Origin: Saprospiraceae bacterium
Lineage (GTDB): Bacteria; Bacteroidota; Bacteroidia; Chitinophagales; Saprospiraceae
NCBI GenBank assembly: GCA_027486765.1
Contig: JAIXOO010000063.1
Span: 12,890 to 76,889, forward strand
DNA: 64,000 bases
Reading direction: 5' to 3'
Within the stretch, counting starts at the first letter, position 1. The number at the start of each line of letters is the position of its first letter. The position numbers and the translations under genes are program-made. Positions 1-9,633 of the stretch are shown one piece after another. The notes beneath the pieces were generated by a model, which was not told where the DNA came from, did not search any database, and worked only from the letters and a program-made list of their open reading frames with translations.

Positions 1-872
1 ATCACAAATGCCCCACAGGTTTCATTCATGCGGTTGCCTAGTAATCCTCCACAATACAAATGCGACTGATTGTCGAGCTGAAGATCAATTTGTTGTGGGA
101 TTGCTGACCCTAAATTAAAATTATGCCACTTGAGCTTGCGGCCATTGTCACGATAAATTAGGGTAGCATATTGTGGATCAACCTTAGCCGCCACTTCACT
201 TTTATCGTGATGGCTGGTCAATACGGTTACTTCTCCCTGATTGTCAACTTCATAATCAATGAGTTGAATGGTATGATCTTCCCAAGGGAATTTGGGCTCA
301 ATGCTCCAAAGTGGCAGCAAATCCTCATCACAAACCAGTAGCCATTTGCGCAACCAATTGCCATTTGCATACGGAAAACGATTGTAGATGAGTAATTTAC
401 TATGATCGGCAGAAACCTTAAAGCCTAGATAATGATCAAAAATTCCTTTTTCCCAATTGATTTCATAGATCTGCCGAGGTGCCCGGTAAACTTGTAAGGA
501 TTGTGGGTTGATTTCTTGGGTAAATACCCGCAGTTTGCCGTTTGCTTCGTCTTCTAAACTCAATAAAAGGTGCAATCGGTCTTTAAGGATGACCGCCTTT
601 TCTAGTTTTAAATACTCGTGCTCAAATTCCAAGCGCAGTGGAACTTGTTTTTCCAATTTTAAATCGGCATTAAACTGTTGTAGGACAGGTGGTAAGACAG
701 CAGGCTCGCGCATATCCGTCAAGAGGGTAAAAATACCCGTCGAGGTTTTGCCAATTACCTGGCTGATGTGCAGGTTTTTATCCGGTTTTTGATGGGGACG
801 ACCCCACTTGACATCCTGGGCAGCAAGGCCCAAATACAAAAGAGTAAAAAAAGTGGCTACTAGGTACTTCAT
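1..872 (-). CDS. Secreted hypothetical protein, 3' end outside the window
   Basis: Hand translation from ATG at 872 gives MKYLVATFFTLLYLGLAAQDVKWGRP..., a signal-peptide-like start. The frame stays open to position 1. It is absent from the ORF track, probably because it runs off the edge. Confidence 0.8.
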   Translation of the reverse strand, partial: MKYLVATFFTLLYLGLAAQDVKWGRPHQKPDKNLHISQVIGKTSTGIFTLLTDMREPAVLPPVLQQFNADLKLEKQVPLRLEFEHEYLKLEKAVILKDRLHLLLSLEDEANGKLRVFTQEINPQSLQVYRAPRQIYEINWEKGIFDHYLGFKVSADHSKLLIYNRFPYANGNWLRKWLLVCDEDLLPLWSIEPKFPWEDHTIQLIDYEVDNQGEVTVLTSHHDKSEVAAKVDPQYATLIYRDNGRKLKWHNFNLGSAIPQQIDLQLDNQSHLYCGGLLGNRMNETCGAFV

Positions 873-913
873 GACAGTTTCTTTTACAGGAAAAATGGCA
901 AAAGTGTGAAGTG

Positions 914-931
914 CCCGGCATGAATGCCGGG
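914..931. repeat. REP-like palindrome CCCGGCATGAATGCCGGG
   Basis: 7-bp inverted arms around a 4-nt loop in an intergenic position; same CCC...GGG design as the palindromes at 14619, 28516 and 30409. Confidence 0.5.
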
Positions 932-1073
932 TAAAATATAGTAGCCGATTGATTATTCTGGTTGGAATGAATAATGGCGAATATAATTGCTTAATGTGAA
1001 AAAGCAAGGTTAAGTTTCACGTATTATTTCTGTTTTTTTATTGATTGCTAGCAAGGGCTAACAGGGTTGTCCA

Positions 1074-1289
1074 TTATTCCTCTTTCTTGGGTGTGGTAGT
1101 TGGGTATCTTGCTTCCAAAGCTTTTAACAAACGAGTTTGAATAAAGGCCATCAATGCAGCAGCGGCAAGCACCAGAAGTGTATGTTTAAGCCTGGATTCG
1201 AGGTCTCTTTCCGGGCCCCTCCATAGGTCAATGAAGATAAAAGTGATGACAAAAACGGACATTCTGGCAATAAAACGGATCGCATTCAT
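1074..1289 (-). CDS. Small two-TM membrane protein, paralog of 1286..1534
   Basis: Two hydrophobic segments; ATGA overlap with the upstream gene; aligns without gaps to its neighbour over 47 aa. Confidence 0.6.
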   Translation of the reverse strand: MNAIRFIARMSVFVITFIFIDLWRGPERDLESRLKHTLLVLAAAALMAFIQTRLLKALEARYPTTTPKKEE

Positions 1290-1534
1290 TCGGTTATTTT
1301 TTCAGCAGTTGTTTCCAAATTGGATTCATTTTTAGGCTTATAGGAAGATTGATAGGGGTATTTCTTTTCAATCCAAGTGCCAAAAAATGCATTGATTATG
1401 GCTACCATGATGAGCAAAATAAGGAAAAAAATCCTTGATTTTGTGCTTTGCTCTGGGTTGCCGTACAAATTCAAAAGAAACAGCGGCACTACAAAAAAAA
1501 CTATCCTCAGTATAAAGTTTTTAATTTTCATCAT
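1286..1534 (-). CDS. Small two-TM membrane protein, paralog of 1074..1289
   Basis: Two hydrophobic segments; shares the FIxR..FV, PE...SR, AF..T and E..YP pattern with its neighbour. Confidence 0.6.
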   Translation of the reverse strand: MMKIKNFILRIVFFVVPLFLLNLYGNPEQSTKSRIFFLILLIMVAIINAFFGTWIEKKYPYQSSYKPKNESNLETTAEKITE

Positions 1535-1677
1535 TGTGATTTTGGATCAAAATACTACTTTGGCCTTTTCCTTGCAAGGCATTGGTAACAACTTTTGACT
1601 AACATCTTTTTTTCTTCGGCCAATGCTTGAATAATTGCCTGGAAAATGTGAAACTTAAGCATCCAAAACCAGCAAGT

Positions 1678-3627
1678 TTGATTTTACCAAGTTCTATCCA
1701 GGAAGTCAACGACGCGGCGAAAATTGAAGAAGTAGTCGGCGATTTTGTGAACCTCAAGCGACGTGGGGCCAACTACAGCGGTCTATGCCCCTTCCACAAC
1801 GAAAAATCTCCTTCCTTCAACGTCAACCCGGCCCGCAACATTTTCAAGTGTTTTGGCTGCGGCAAAGCAGGTGACCCGATCACCTTCGTCATGGAGCACG
1901 AGCAAGTTTCATACCCGGAAGCCGTGCGTTTTTTGGCCAAAAAGTACCGCATTGAGCTAAAAGAAACCGAATCCTCCGACCAGCAGCGCCAGGAACAACA
2001 GGCTATTGATAGCTTGTACCTGATCAATCAGTTTGCCCAGGAATACTTCCAAACCCAATTGTTTGATACCGACAAAGGGCGCAGCGTGGGCCTCTCCTAC
2101 TTCAAACAACGGGGCTTTCGGGAAGAAACGATCAAAAAATTTGGCCTGGGTTTTGCCCAAAACGACATGGATGGGCTGCTGCGCGCAGGGAAGCAAAAAG
2201 GCTACAATACCGACCAGCTGAAAAAACTGGGCTTGGTCACCCAATACGACCGCGATTTTTTCCGCGAGCGGGTCATGTTTTCCATCCACAACCTGACGGG
2301 CAAAGTCATCGCTTTCGCCGGGCGGATCATGGCCAAAGACCCCAAGCAACCCAAGTACATCAACTCGCCGGAAACGGAGATTTATTACAAAAGCAAAGTC
2401 CTCTACGGCATCTTTTTTGCCAAAAAAGCCATCCGCCAGTTTGACGAATGCCTGCTGGTGGAAGGCTATACGGATGTGATTTCCCTGCATCAATCGGGAA
2501 TTGAAAATGTGGTGGCTTCTTCGGGTACCGCCTTGACTCCCGACCAGATTCGCCTGATCAAACGTTTTACCAACAACATCAAAATCATTTACGATGGCGA
2601 TGCGGCGGGCATCAAAGCGGCATTGCGCGGACTTGATCTGGCGCTGGCTGAAGACATGAACGTACGCCTGGTGCTCTTGCCGGATCAGGAAGACCCGGAT
2701 TCGTATATACAGAAGGTAGGCTCGGAGGCCTTTTTGACTTACCTGAAGGAAAAAGGCAAAGACATCGTGCAGTTTGAAACCGAATTGCTCCTAAAAGAAG
2801 CGGGCGACGACCCGACCAGGAGAGCGGGTGTTCTGGGACAAATCGCCAATACGATCTCCAAAATCAAAAATCCCCTGCGCCGCGATGAATACGTGAAGGT
2901 GACCCGGCAGGTGCTCGGTGTCGATGAGGGTCGGATGATTTTTGAGGTAAACAAACTGCTGCGCCGCGACCTGGAAAAGCATCAGGCGCTGGAAGGCGTC
3001 ACGCCGCCGAGTTCGGATGATTCCTTCCCCACTGAAGAGCCTGGGTACGTTTCCAATCCGATAATGGCAGAGGCGGAAATGAGCGTGGGGGACGAATTTC
3101 AGGAGAAACACATCGCCCATATCCTCATCAACGCCGGGGGCGAGTGGTACGATCCAGAGCATAGCACCACCGTAGCCCAATACGTGTGGATCAACATCGA
3201 AGACGTCATCGATTATTTCGACAGCAAGTTGTACAAAAAAGTAGTAGTCGAAATCATGCAACGGGTCAACCAAGGACTCGAAATTTCCGCCCAATACTTC
3301 ATCAACCACCCCGACACGGACGTGCGCCAATTGGCCTCCACCGTACTCACCAGTCCTTACGAATTCAGCGAAAACTGGGAGCTAAAACACGAGGTTTTCC
3401 TCAATCAGCGCAAACCGGAGGACAACTACTTCAAAGACGCAGAAGCAGCAGTCAAACGCCTGAAATTGCGCAAAATCGGCCGGATCATCGCGGACAATCA
3501 CGCCAAGATGAAGGTGATCAATCAGGGTGATGTGGAACAGTTATTGCCGCTGATTAAATTGGACCAGAAGTTGAAGGCAATGCGGAATCAGTTGGCTGGG
3601 GAATTGGGAATGGTGGTGGTGAAATAA
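1678..3627 (+). CDS. dnaG: DNA primase
   Basis: CHC2 zinc finger (CPFHNEK...FKCFGC), KYINSPET, TOPRIM VEGYTDV and YDGD motifs. Probable TTG start at 1678; the ORF track starts at 1627. Confidence 0.97.
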   Translation: MILPSSIQEVNDAAKIEEVVGDFVNLKRRGANYSGLCPFHNEKSPSFNVNPARNIFKCFGCGKAGDPITFVMEHEQVSYPEAVRFLAKKYRIELKETESSDQQRQEQQAIDSLYLINQFAQEYFQTQLFDTDKGRSVGLSYFKQRGFREETIKKFGLGFAQNDMDGLLRAGKQKGYNTDQLKKLGLVTQYDRDFFRERVMFSIHNLTGKVIAFAGRIMAKDPKQPKYINSPETEIYYKSKVLYGIFFAKKAIRQFDECLLVEGYTDVISLHQSGIENVVASSGTALTPDQIRLIKRFTNNIKIIYDGDAAGIKAALRGLDLALAEDMNVRLVLLPDQEDPDSYIQKVGSEAFLTYLKEKGKDIVQFETELLLKEAGDDPTRRAGVLGQIANTISKIKNPLRRDEYVKVTRQVLGVDEGRMIFEVNKLLRRDLEKHQALEGVTPPSSDDSFPTEEPGYVSNPIMAEAEMSVGDEFQEKHIAHILINAGGEWYDPEHSTTVAQYVWINIEDVIDYFDSKLYKKVVVEIMQRVNQGLEISAQYFINHPDTDVRQLASTVLTSPYEFSENWELKHEVFLNQRKPEDNYFKDAEAAVKRLKLRKIGRIIADNHAKMKVINQGDVEQLLPLIKLDQKLKAMRNQLAGELGMVVVK

Positions 3628-3699
3628 TTCTATGTACCAAATCTATTTATAAAATCGACCTTCCTCTGCTTCTTTTCATCAAACTCTTCCCCCCATTAG

Positions 3700-3730
3700 T
3701 TGTTTACCAATCAACAAAGCACTACTTTTG
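3700..3730 (+). promoter_or_regulatory. Bacteroidota-type promoter for fdx-iscX-kdsC
   Basis: TTG at 3700-3702, 20-nt spacer, TACTTTTG at 3723-3730 (TAnnTTTG consensus). Confidence 0.65.
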
Positions 3731-3758
3731 CCCACGTTTTTATAAAACCTACTTTTTA

Positions 3759-4103
3759 ATGGCTACTGTCAAGTTTACGTTTGAAGATAAAAAAATAGCT
3801 CAGCCGATTGTGGTGGAAGGAGTGGCGGAAGGTACCTCGATTTTGGATGTAACCGAAGATCACGATATCCACCTGAATCACAACTGCGGCGGCGTTTGTG
3901 CCTGTAGTACCTGTCATGTATACGTACACAAGGGCGAAGACGACCTGGAAGAAATTTCTGATAAAGAAGAAGACTTCATTGATCGGGCTCACAATCCCCG
4001 CCTCAATTCTCGTTTGGGTTGCCAATGCGTGATCCTCGATGAAGGGGCTTACATTGAAATCGAAATTCCCGATCAGAGCCGCATCATTGGCCACGAACAC
4101 TAA
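3759..4103 (+). CDS. fdx: 2Fe-2S ferredoxin, ISC/adrenodoxin type
   Basis: HNCGGVCACSTCHV and SRLGCQ motifs. Confidence 0.93.
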   Translation: MATVKFTFEDKKIAQPIVVEGVAEGTSILDVTEDHDIHLNHNCGGVCACSTCHVYVHKGEDDLEEISDKEEDFIDRAHNPRLNSRLGCQCVILDEGAYIEIEIPDQSRIIGHEH

Positions 4104-4139
4104 TGACTTATTTTAATCAGCCCTCAAATCCTCATCATA

Positions 4140-4385
4140 ATGGCATTTGACCAATTTGACAACCTCCCCATCAACTGGGCGGATCACGAAGACATCGCAA
4201 TGAAGCTTTACGAGCGTTTCGGCGATGATTTTAGCGAAGGTAAAATTTACCGCATTCGTTTTACCGACCTGATTGAATGGATCCTGGAAATTTCCAATTT
4301 CGAAGGCACCCGTGAAGGCTGTACCGAAGCACATTTGGAGCAAATCCAGGCCAAGTGGGTCTATGAATGGCGCGACAACCAATAA
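4140..4385 (+). CDS. iscX: Fe-S cluster assembly protein IscX
   Basis: W..HEDIAMKL...RFTDLIEWI...LEQIQAKW signature; directly follows fdx. Confidence 0.92.
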   Translation: MAFDQFDNLPINWADHEDIAMKLYERFGDDFSEGKIYRIRFTDLIEWILEISNFEGTREGCTEAHLEQIQAKWVYEWRDNQ

Positions 4386-4391
4386 ACGAGT

Positions 4392-4895
4392 ATGAACCAC
4401 CTGGAAACCTTCAGTTCCATCCATACCTTCATTTTTGATGTGGACGGGGTATTGACCAACAACGAAGTACTCATCACTGAAAATGGGGAGTTGCTGCGCA
4501 AAATGAACGTCCGCGACGGGTTGGCCATTAAAATCGCCATCGACAAGGGCTACAAAATTGCCATCATCACGGGTGGGCGCTCCGAAGGGGTCAAAAAACG
4601 CCTGGAAGCCCTGGGTATCAAGGACATTTATTCGGGCATTAGCGACAAACTAGAAGCTTTCGAGGAGTTTGTAGATACTTATGAATTGGATCCTGTTGGC
4701 ATTCTATACATGGGGGACGACTTGCCCGATTATCCGGTAATGCGCCGGGTGGGCTTGGCTACTTGCCCCAAAAATTCCGCCCCGGAGCTCTTTCCCATTG
4801 CCAATTACGTATCTCCACTGTGCGGCGGCGAAGGCTGCGTGCGGGATGTCATTGAAAAAGTTTTGCGCTTGCAAGGCAAGTGGTCGGAAGATTAA
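4392..4895 (+). CDS. kdsC: KDO 8-phosphate phosphatase, HAD family
   Basis: FDVDGVLT, RDGLAIK, GDDLPD and GEGCVRDVIE motifs. Confidence 0.9.
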   Translation: MNHLETFSSIHTFIFDVDGVLTNNEVLITENGELLRKMNVRDGLAIKIAIDKGYKIAIITGGRSEGVKKRLEALGIKDIYSGISDKLEAFEEFVDTYELDPVGILYMGDDLPDYPVMRRVGLATCPKNSAPELFPIANYVSPLCGGEGCVRDVIEKVLRLQGKWSED

Positions 4896-4952
4896 ACAAG
4901 TCGGGCGCGCAAAATTTGTCAGCCTAATCCATACATATTTTGTGCGCATGTC

Positions 4953-4960
4953 TATATTTG
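4953..4960 (+). promoter_or_regulatory. Putative -7 promoter element TATATTTG
   Basis: Exact TAnnTTTG match 62 nt upstream of the UbiA-family gene; no clear -33 box. Confidence 0.4.
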
Positions 4961-5022
4961 TAGGGACCTGAACTTAAGTAAAGGGATGGTATATCATTGA
5001 TAGTTTCACCTAAACAGTCCTA

Positions 5023-5937
5023 ATGTCCCTATTCCGCTTGCTAAGGCTACCTAATTTGTTGATTGTTGCATTGGTTCAATCTTTGCTCTATTTTCGATTG
5101 TTGCTGCCCGCTTTTGAGCAACAGGGCATTTCCCCACGACTCAATACCCTTGAATTCCTCTTATTGGTTCTGGCTACCCTCTGCACTACCGCCGGAGGGT
5201 ACATCATCAATGATTTGTACGATTACGAGATGGATTTGCTCAACCGTAAAGCAAAGGTTATCGTCAACGTAAAAATCAGCGATCAACTCTGCATGTGGAT
5301 TTATGCCCTATTGTTTTTTTTGGGTTTTTTATTGTCTCTTTACCTCGCTTTCCGCATTGGGCAGGTATACATGATGGGCTTATACATGTTGTCCTTTGTG
5401 TTGTTGTTTTTGTACACCAAAACCCTTAAAAAACGGCCTCTGGTGGGCAATATGCTCGTGGCTTTGTTTTGTGCTGGTGTAGCGGGACTGGTTTGGTTGG
5501 CAGAATTGCCAGCTTGGTGGGCCTTGCAGGATATGGCGCCACAAACAGCTCAATCTTTACAATCCATCATCAATTGGTACTGCGCTTTTGCTTTTCTCAG
5601 CACGATGTTCCGCGAAATAGTCAAAGATTTGGAAGATAAAATTGGGGATGCAGCGGCGGGTTGCCGCACCTTTCCCATTGCGGCGGGCGATCGTTCCGCA
5701 AAGTACTTGGCGATGGCCATTGCGTTATTTACGATGGTATTAATGGGTGTTTTATACCTCAATCAAGTGCCCGGTTTTAGCGACTGGTTTTATCTTGGTG
5801 CATTATTGGGAGTCGTTGCGCCATTGGTTTATGCCATTTACCTTTTACAAAGCGCCCAAACGCCTACTGATTACCACCGCATCAGCAATTTGGCTAAAAT
5901 AGTCATGCTAGCGGGAGTACTTTTACTACTGATTTAA
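5023..5937 (+). CDS. UbiA-family prenyltransferase (geranylgeranylglycerol-phosphate geranylgeranyltransferase-like)
   Basis: Multiple TM helices; Asp-rich motifs NDLYDYEMDLLN and REIVKDLEDKIGD. Confidence 0.88.
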   Translation: MSLFRLLRLPNLLIVALVQSLLYFRLLLPAFEQQGISPRLNTLEFLLLVLATLCTTAGGYIINDLYDYEMDLLNRKAKVIVNVKISDQLCMWIYALLFFLGFLLSLYLAFRIGQVYMMGLYMLSFVLLFLYTKTLKKRPLVGNMLVALFCAGVAGLVWLAELPAWWALQDMAPQTAQSLQSIINWYCAFAFLSTMFREIVKDLEDKIGDAAAGCRTFPIAAGDRSAKYLAMAIALFTMVLMGVLYLNQVPGFSDWFYLGALLGVVAPLVYAIYLLQSAQTPTDYHRISNLAKIVMLAGVLLLLI

Positions 5938-5947
5938 ATATTGCTTA

Positions 5948-6523
5948 ATGAATCCATTGTCCCTAAACATCATCCTGGCTTCTACTTCACCCCGACGTAG
6001 TCAGCTGCTACGCGAAGCCGGTTTTAAATTTGAAATCAAAACCGTAGAGGTGGAAGAAACTTACCCACCCGAAACTCCAATTGATGAGGTAGCGGGGTAT
6101 TTGGCGCGTAAAAAAGCCTATGCTTCCCGCGAGTTTATCCAGCAAGATGAAATCATTCTGGCTGCCGATAGTGTGGTCATTCTGGATGGGGTCATTTATG
6201 GCAAACCGCTTGATGCAGCGGATGCCCGGCAGATGTTGCAAAAATTATCCGGGCAATTGCACCGGGTCATCACTGGGGTTTGTTTGTTGTCAAAAGATCA
6301 AGAAAAAGTATTTTCTGCCGAATCCCGCGTACAATTTGAAACGTTGAGCGATACTGAGATCGATTTTTACGTCGAAAAATACCGTCCTTTTGACAAGGCT
6401 GGCTCCTATGCCATTCAGGAATGGATCGGACTTTGTAAAATCTCTCGAATTGAAGGTACTTTTACCAACATTATGGGCTTGCCAGTAGATCAGGTTTATC
6501 GGGAGTTATTAGACTTTGTATGA
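5948..6523 (+). CDS. maf: Maf-family nucleoside triphosphate pyrophosphatase
   Basis: ILASTSPRR, AADSVV, YGKP and DKAGSYAIQ motifs. Confidence 0.95.
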   Translation: MNPLSLNIILASTSPRRSQLLREAGFKFEIKTVEVEETYPPETPIDEVAGYLARKKAYASREFIQQDEIILAADSVVILDGVIYGKPLDAADARQMLQKLSGQLHRVITGVCLLSKDQEKVFSAESRVQFETLSDTEIDFYVEKYRPFDKAGSYAIQEWIGLCKISRIEGTFTNIMGLPVDQVYRELLDFV

Positions 6524-6629
6524 AGTTGAGGAGTTAAGAAGTTGAGGCTACCGCGAGTGATTTTGACAAGGATCTTGTCTAAGCCTCTCGCGGTAGCCTC
6601 AACTCCTCAACTCCTCAACTCCTCAACTT
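6523..6629. repeat. Composite palindromic repeat, copy A (GGCTACCGC core with 8-mer arms)
   Basis: 53-bp core at 6546..6598 with a nested GACAAG/CTTGTC stem; left arm of three GAGTTGAG-type units, right arm of four CTCAACTC-type units. Confidence 0.9.
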
Positions 6630-6637
6630 TTTTTCTT

Positions 6638-8539
6638 ATGCATCAACCCATTGAGGTGCTCCGCCAATATTGGGGACATGAGCAATTCAGGCCCCAACAA
6701 GAGCACATCATTCAGTCGGTTTTGGAAGGAAGAGACACCCTGGCGCTGTTGCCAACGGGTGGCGGGAAATCCATTTGTTTTCAGGTGCCAGCCCTTTGTC
6801 AGGAGGGCATCTGCATTGTCATTTCGCCATTGATCGCCTTGATGAAAGATCAGGTGCAAAACCTGCAAAAAAAAGGCATCTCCGCTCTCGCCATCTACGC
6901 GGGAATGGCCTACCGAGATATTGACCGTTTGTTGGACAACTGCGTACATGGTGATGTAAAATTCCTCTACCTCTCGCCCGAGCGGCTGGTGAGTGACCTG
7001 GCACGGGAGCGCATCAAACGGATGAATGTCTCCTTTTTTGCCGTAGACGAAGCGCACTGTATTTCGCAATGGGGGTATGATTTTCGGCCACCTTACCTGG
7101 AAATTGCCAAAATACGGGACTTTTTTCCCCAAGCGCCAATTATCGCGTTGACTGCTACAGCCACCCAGGAAGTGGTGCAAGACATTCAGGCCAAGTTGGC
7201 TTTCCGGGATCAGCAGGTTTTTCAATCCAGTTTTGCCCGACCGAATCTGGCGTACATCGTGCGTCCCAGCGAGGCCAAAGAAGAACAACTCGTAGATATT
7301 TTGCAAAAAGTCCCCGGTAGTGGAGTCGTTTATGTGCGCAATCGGCGGCGGACGAAAGAGATTGCTCAATTGCTGCAAAAAAAACGCATCTCCGCCGATT
7401 TTTACCACGCAGGCCTCAGCCCCGACGAACGTTCCGCCAAACAGGACGCCTGGGTCAGCGGGCGCACGCGGGTGATGGTGAGTACCAATGCATTTGGCAT
7501 GGGCATCGACAAGCCGGATGTGCGCACGGTGGTGCACCTTGAATTACCGGATAGCTTGGAAGCTTACTTTCAGGAGGCTGGGCGGGGTGGGCGCGATGGG
7601 CTCAAGTCTTACGCCGTTTTGTTGTACAACCAAAACGACCGCCGCAGCCTGGAATACCAGTATGCGCAGGCTTTCCCCAGCTTGGACGAAGCCCGGCAAG
7701 TTTACCGGGCGCTGGGCAGTAATTTCCAATTGGCATTGGGAGGCGGCCAGGGTGAGAGTTATGATTTTGACATCTCCATTTTTTGTCAAAAATTCCAATT
7801 GGAGCCAGTACGCACTTTTAACTGCCTCAAATTGCTGGAGCAGGAAGGCTGGATTAGTTTGTCCGAAGCGGTTTTTACTCCTTCTACCCTACTGATCAAG
7901 GTGGACAAGGAGCGCTTGTACGATTACCAGATCAAAAACCGGGAGCTGGATAAAGTACTGAAAATCATTTTGCGCAGTTACCAAGGGGTTTTTTCTAGTT
8001 ATGTTGCCTTTAGCGAGAGAAAGTTGGCTGAGTATTGTAAAATTTCGTCTGAGCAACTACAACGGGCTTTGTTGCGCATGCAGGAAGACCACATCATTGA
8101 ATACAACCCACAAAAGGACAAACCGCAACTGAGTTATTTGCGCGAACGGGTGGATGCGGCCTACCTGACTTTTGACACGCAATTGTACAACTTCCGTAAA
8201 ACCCGCCACGCGGAGCGCATCCAAAAGGCGATTGGCTATGCCGAGGATAAAATCTGCCGCAGCCAACAATTATTGCATTATTTTGGTGAAAAAGACGCCC
8301 CGGCTTGTGGCGTTTGTGATGTCTGCCTGGAGCGCAAAAAGCAAAACCTCGATGGGGAAATGTTTGAACGCATTCGCCAAAAAGTTCAACGCCTCTTGGA
8401 GCAGGAAGCTCTGCCCGTCAAGGCGGTCGTCGATTCTTTTGCGCCCAAAACCCAGCAGCAAGTGCTTGAAACCCTCATTTTTATGCAAAACGAAGGCCTC
8501 CTGATTGAAAAAAACGGTAAACTCCAACTCAAAGCATGA
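6638..8539 (+). CDS. recQ: RecQ-family ATP-dependent DNA helicase
   Basis: PTGGGKS, DEAHCISQWGYDFRP, QEAGRGGRDG and a C-terminal Zn site (CRSQQLL...CGVCDVC). ATG at 6638; the ORF-track start at 6542 reads through the repeat. Confidence 0.95.
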   Translation: MHQPIEVLRQYWGHEQFRPQQEHIIQSVLEGRDTLALLPTGGGKSICFQVPALCQEGICIVISPLIALMKDQVQNLQKKGISALAIYAGMAYRDIDRLLDNCVHGDVKFLYLSPERLVSDLARERIKRMNVSFFAVDEAHCISQWGYDFRPPYLEIAKIRDFFPQAPIIALTATATQEVVQDIQAKLAFRDQQVFQSSFARPNLAYIVRPSEAKEEQLVDILQKVPGSGVVYVRNRRRTKEIAQLLQKKRISADFYHAGLSPDERSAKQDAWVSGRTRVMVSTNAFGMGIDKPDVRTVVHLELPDSLEAYFQEAGRGGRDGLKSYAVLLYNQNDRRSLEYQYAQAFPSLDEARQVYRALGSNFQLALGGGQGESYDFDISIFCQKFQLEPVRTFNCLKLLEQEGWISLSEAVFTPSTLLIKVDKERLYDYQIKNRELDKVLKIILRSYQGVFSSYVAFSERKLAEYCKISSEQLQRALLRMQEDHIIEYNPQKDKPQLSYLRERVDAAYLTFDTQLYNFRKTRHAERIQKAIGYAEDKICRSQQLLHYFGEKDAPACGVCDVCLERKKQNLDGEMFERIRQKVQRLLEQEALPVKAVVDSFAPKTQQQVLETLIFMQNEGLLIEKNGKLQLKA

Positions 8540-9633
8540 AACTGGTCTTCACGGTCACCAATGATTTGTGCTACGATCAACGGATGCAGCGCATCTGTAG
8601 CACCCTGAGGGCCGAAGGGCATGAGGTGACCCTGGTGGGGCGATTCCGCAAAACATCCCCTCTCCTACCCGCAGCTGACTATCGGCAAATCCGGCTACTC
8701 TGTTGGTTTGATAAAGGAAAACTGTTTTACCTGGAGTACAATTTCAGGTTGTTTTGGTGGTTGTTGCTGCAAAAAAGTTTTGACATCTACACAGGCATCG
8801 ACCTGGACACGATCATGCCTTGTCTGGGGGTAGCGCGCATGAAAAGAAAAAAGTGCTACTACGATGCGCATGAGTACTTCAGCGAGGTACCGGAGGTAGT
8901 TGATCGGCCTTTGACTAAGCGGATTTGGGAACTGGTCGCCAGAATTTGTATTCCTCGTGTAGATCGGGCCTATACCGTTGGCCCGGCATTGGCACAGATT
9001 TTCCAAGAGCGCTACGGTATTACCTTTCAAGTTGTGCGGAATATGCCATTCCAAAACAGTAGCCCCCTCTCAACTCCTCAACCCCTCAACTCCTCAACTT
9101 CATCCATTATCCTCTACCAAGGCGTACTCAATGCCGGCCGAGGCCTGGAAACGGCCATTGCCGCCATGCAAAAAATCGAAGGTGCTGAACTATGGCTCGC
9201 GGGCGAAGGGGATTTATCGGAGGAACTGCGGCAACTAGCGAAGGATTTGCAGGTGGAAAGCAAGGTGCATTTTTTGGGCTATTTGACACCCAAAGAACTA
9301 CGCTCTATCACCCAACAAGCCAGCATAGGCTTAAATCTGCTGGAAAACCGTGGTCTGAGTTACTATTATTCACTGGCCAATAAGGCTTTTGATTATGTGC
9401 AGGCAGGGGTGCCTTCGATTCAAATGAATTTCCCGGAGTATTTGGCACTGCAAGCAGAACACCGGGTTTTTTATTTGATCAATCGTTTGGAGGTGGAGGT
9501 GCTGGTGCAGGCGATTGAGCATTTGCTGGGGGATAGTGAGTTGTATTTGGCGCTGCAGGAGAATTGTAAAATAGCAGCGAAGGAATGGTGTTGGGAGCTC
9601 GAAAAAGAAAAACTGATTGCAATATATGCTTAA
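8536..9633 (+). CDS. Glycosyltransferase family 4
   Basis: GT-B motifs YDAHE, YQGVLNAGRG and NKAFDYVQAGVP. Confidence 0.9.
   Translation: MKLVFTVTNDLCYDQRMQRICSTLRAEGHEVTLVGRFRKTSPLLPAADYRQIRLLCWFDKGKLFYLEYNFRLFWWLLLQKSFDIYTGIDLDTIMPCLGVARMKRKKCYYDAHEYFSEVPEVVDRPLTKRIWELVARICIPRVDRAYTVGPALAQIFQERYGITFQVVRNMPFQNSSPLSTPQPLNSSTSSIILYQGVLNAGRGLETAIAAMQKIEGAELWLAGEGDLSEELRQLAKDLQVESKVHFLGYLTPKELRSITQQASIGLNLLENRGLSYYYSLANKAFDYVQAGVPSIQMNFPEYLALQAEHRVFYLINRLEVEVLVQAIEHLLGDSELYLALQENCKIAAKEWCWELEKEKLIAIYA
9069..9100 (+). repeat. Four CTCAACTC-type 8-mers inside the GT4 coding sequence
   Basis: ctcaactc-ctcaaccc-ctcaactc-ctcaactt, the same units as the right arm of copy A. Confidence 0.8.

Noticed and set aside
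6542-6637. N-terminal extensions of recQ (also fbaA from 20092, alpha-E from 30425, pnuC from 25685)
   Set aside because: These extensions are translations of intergenic repeat elements; better starts lie downstream.
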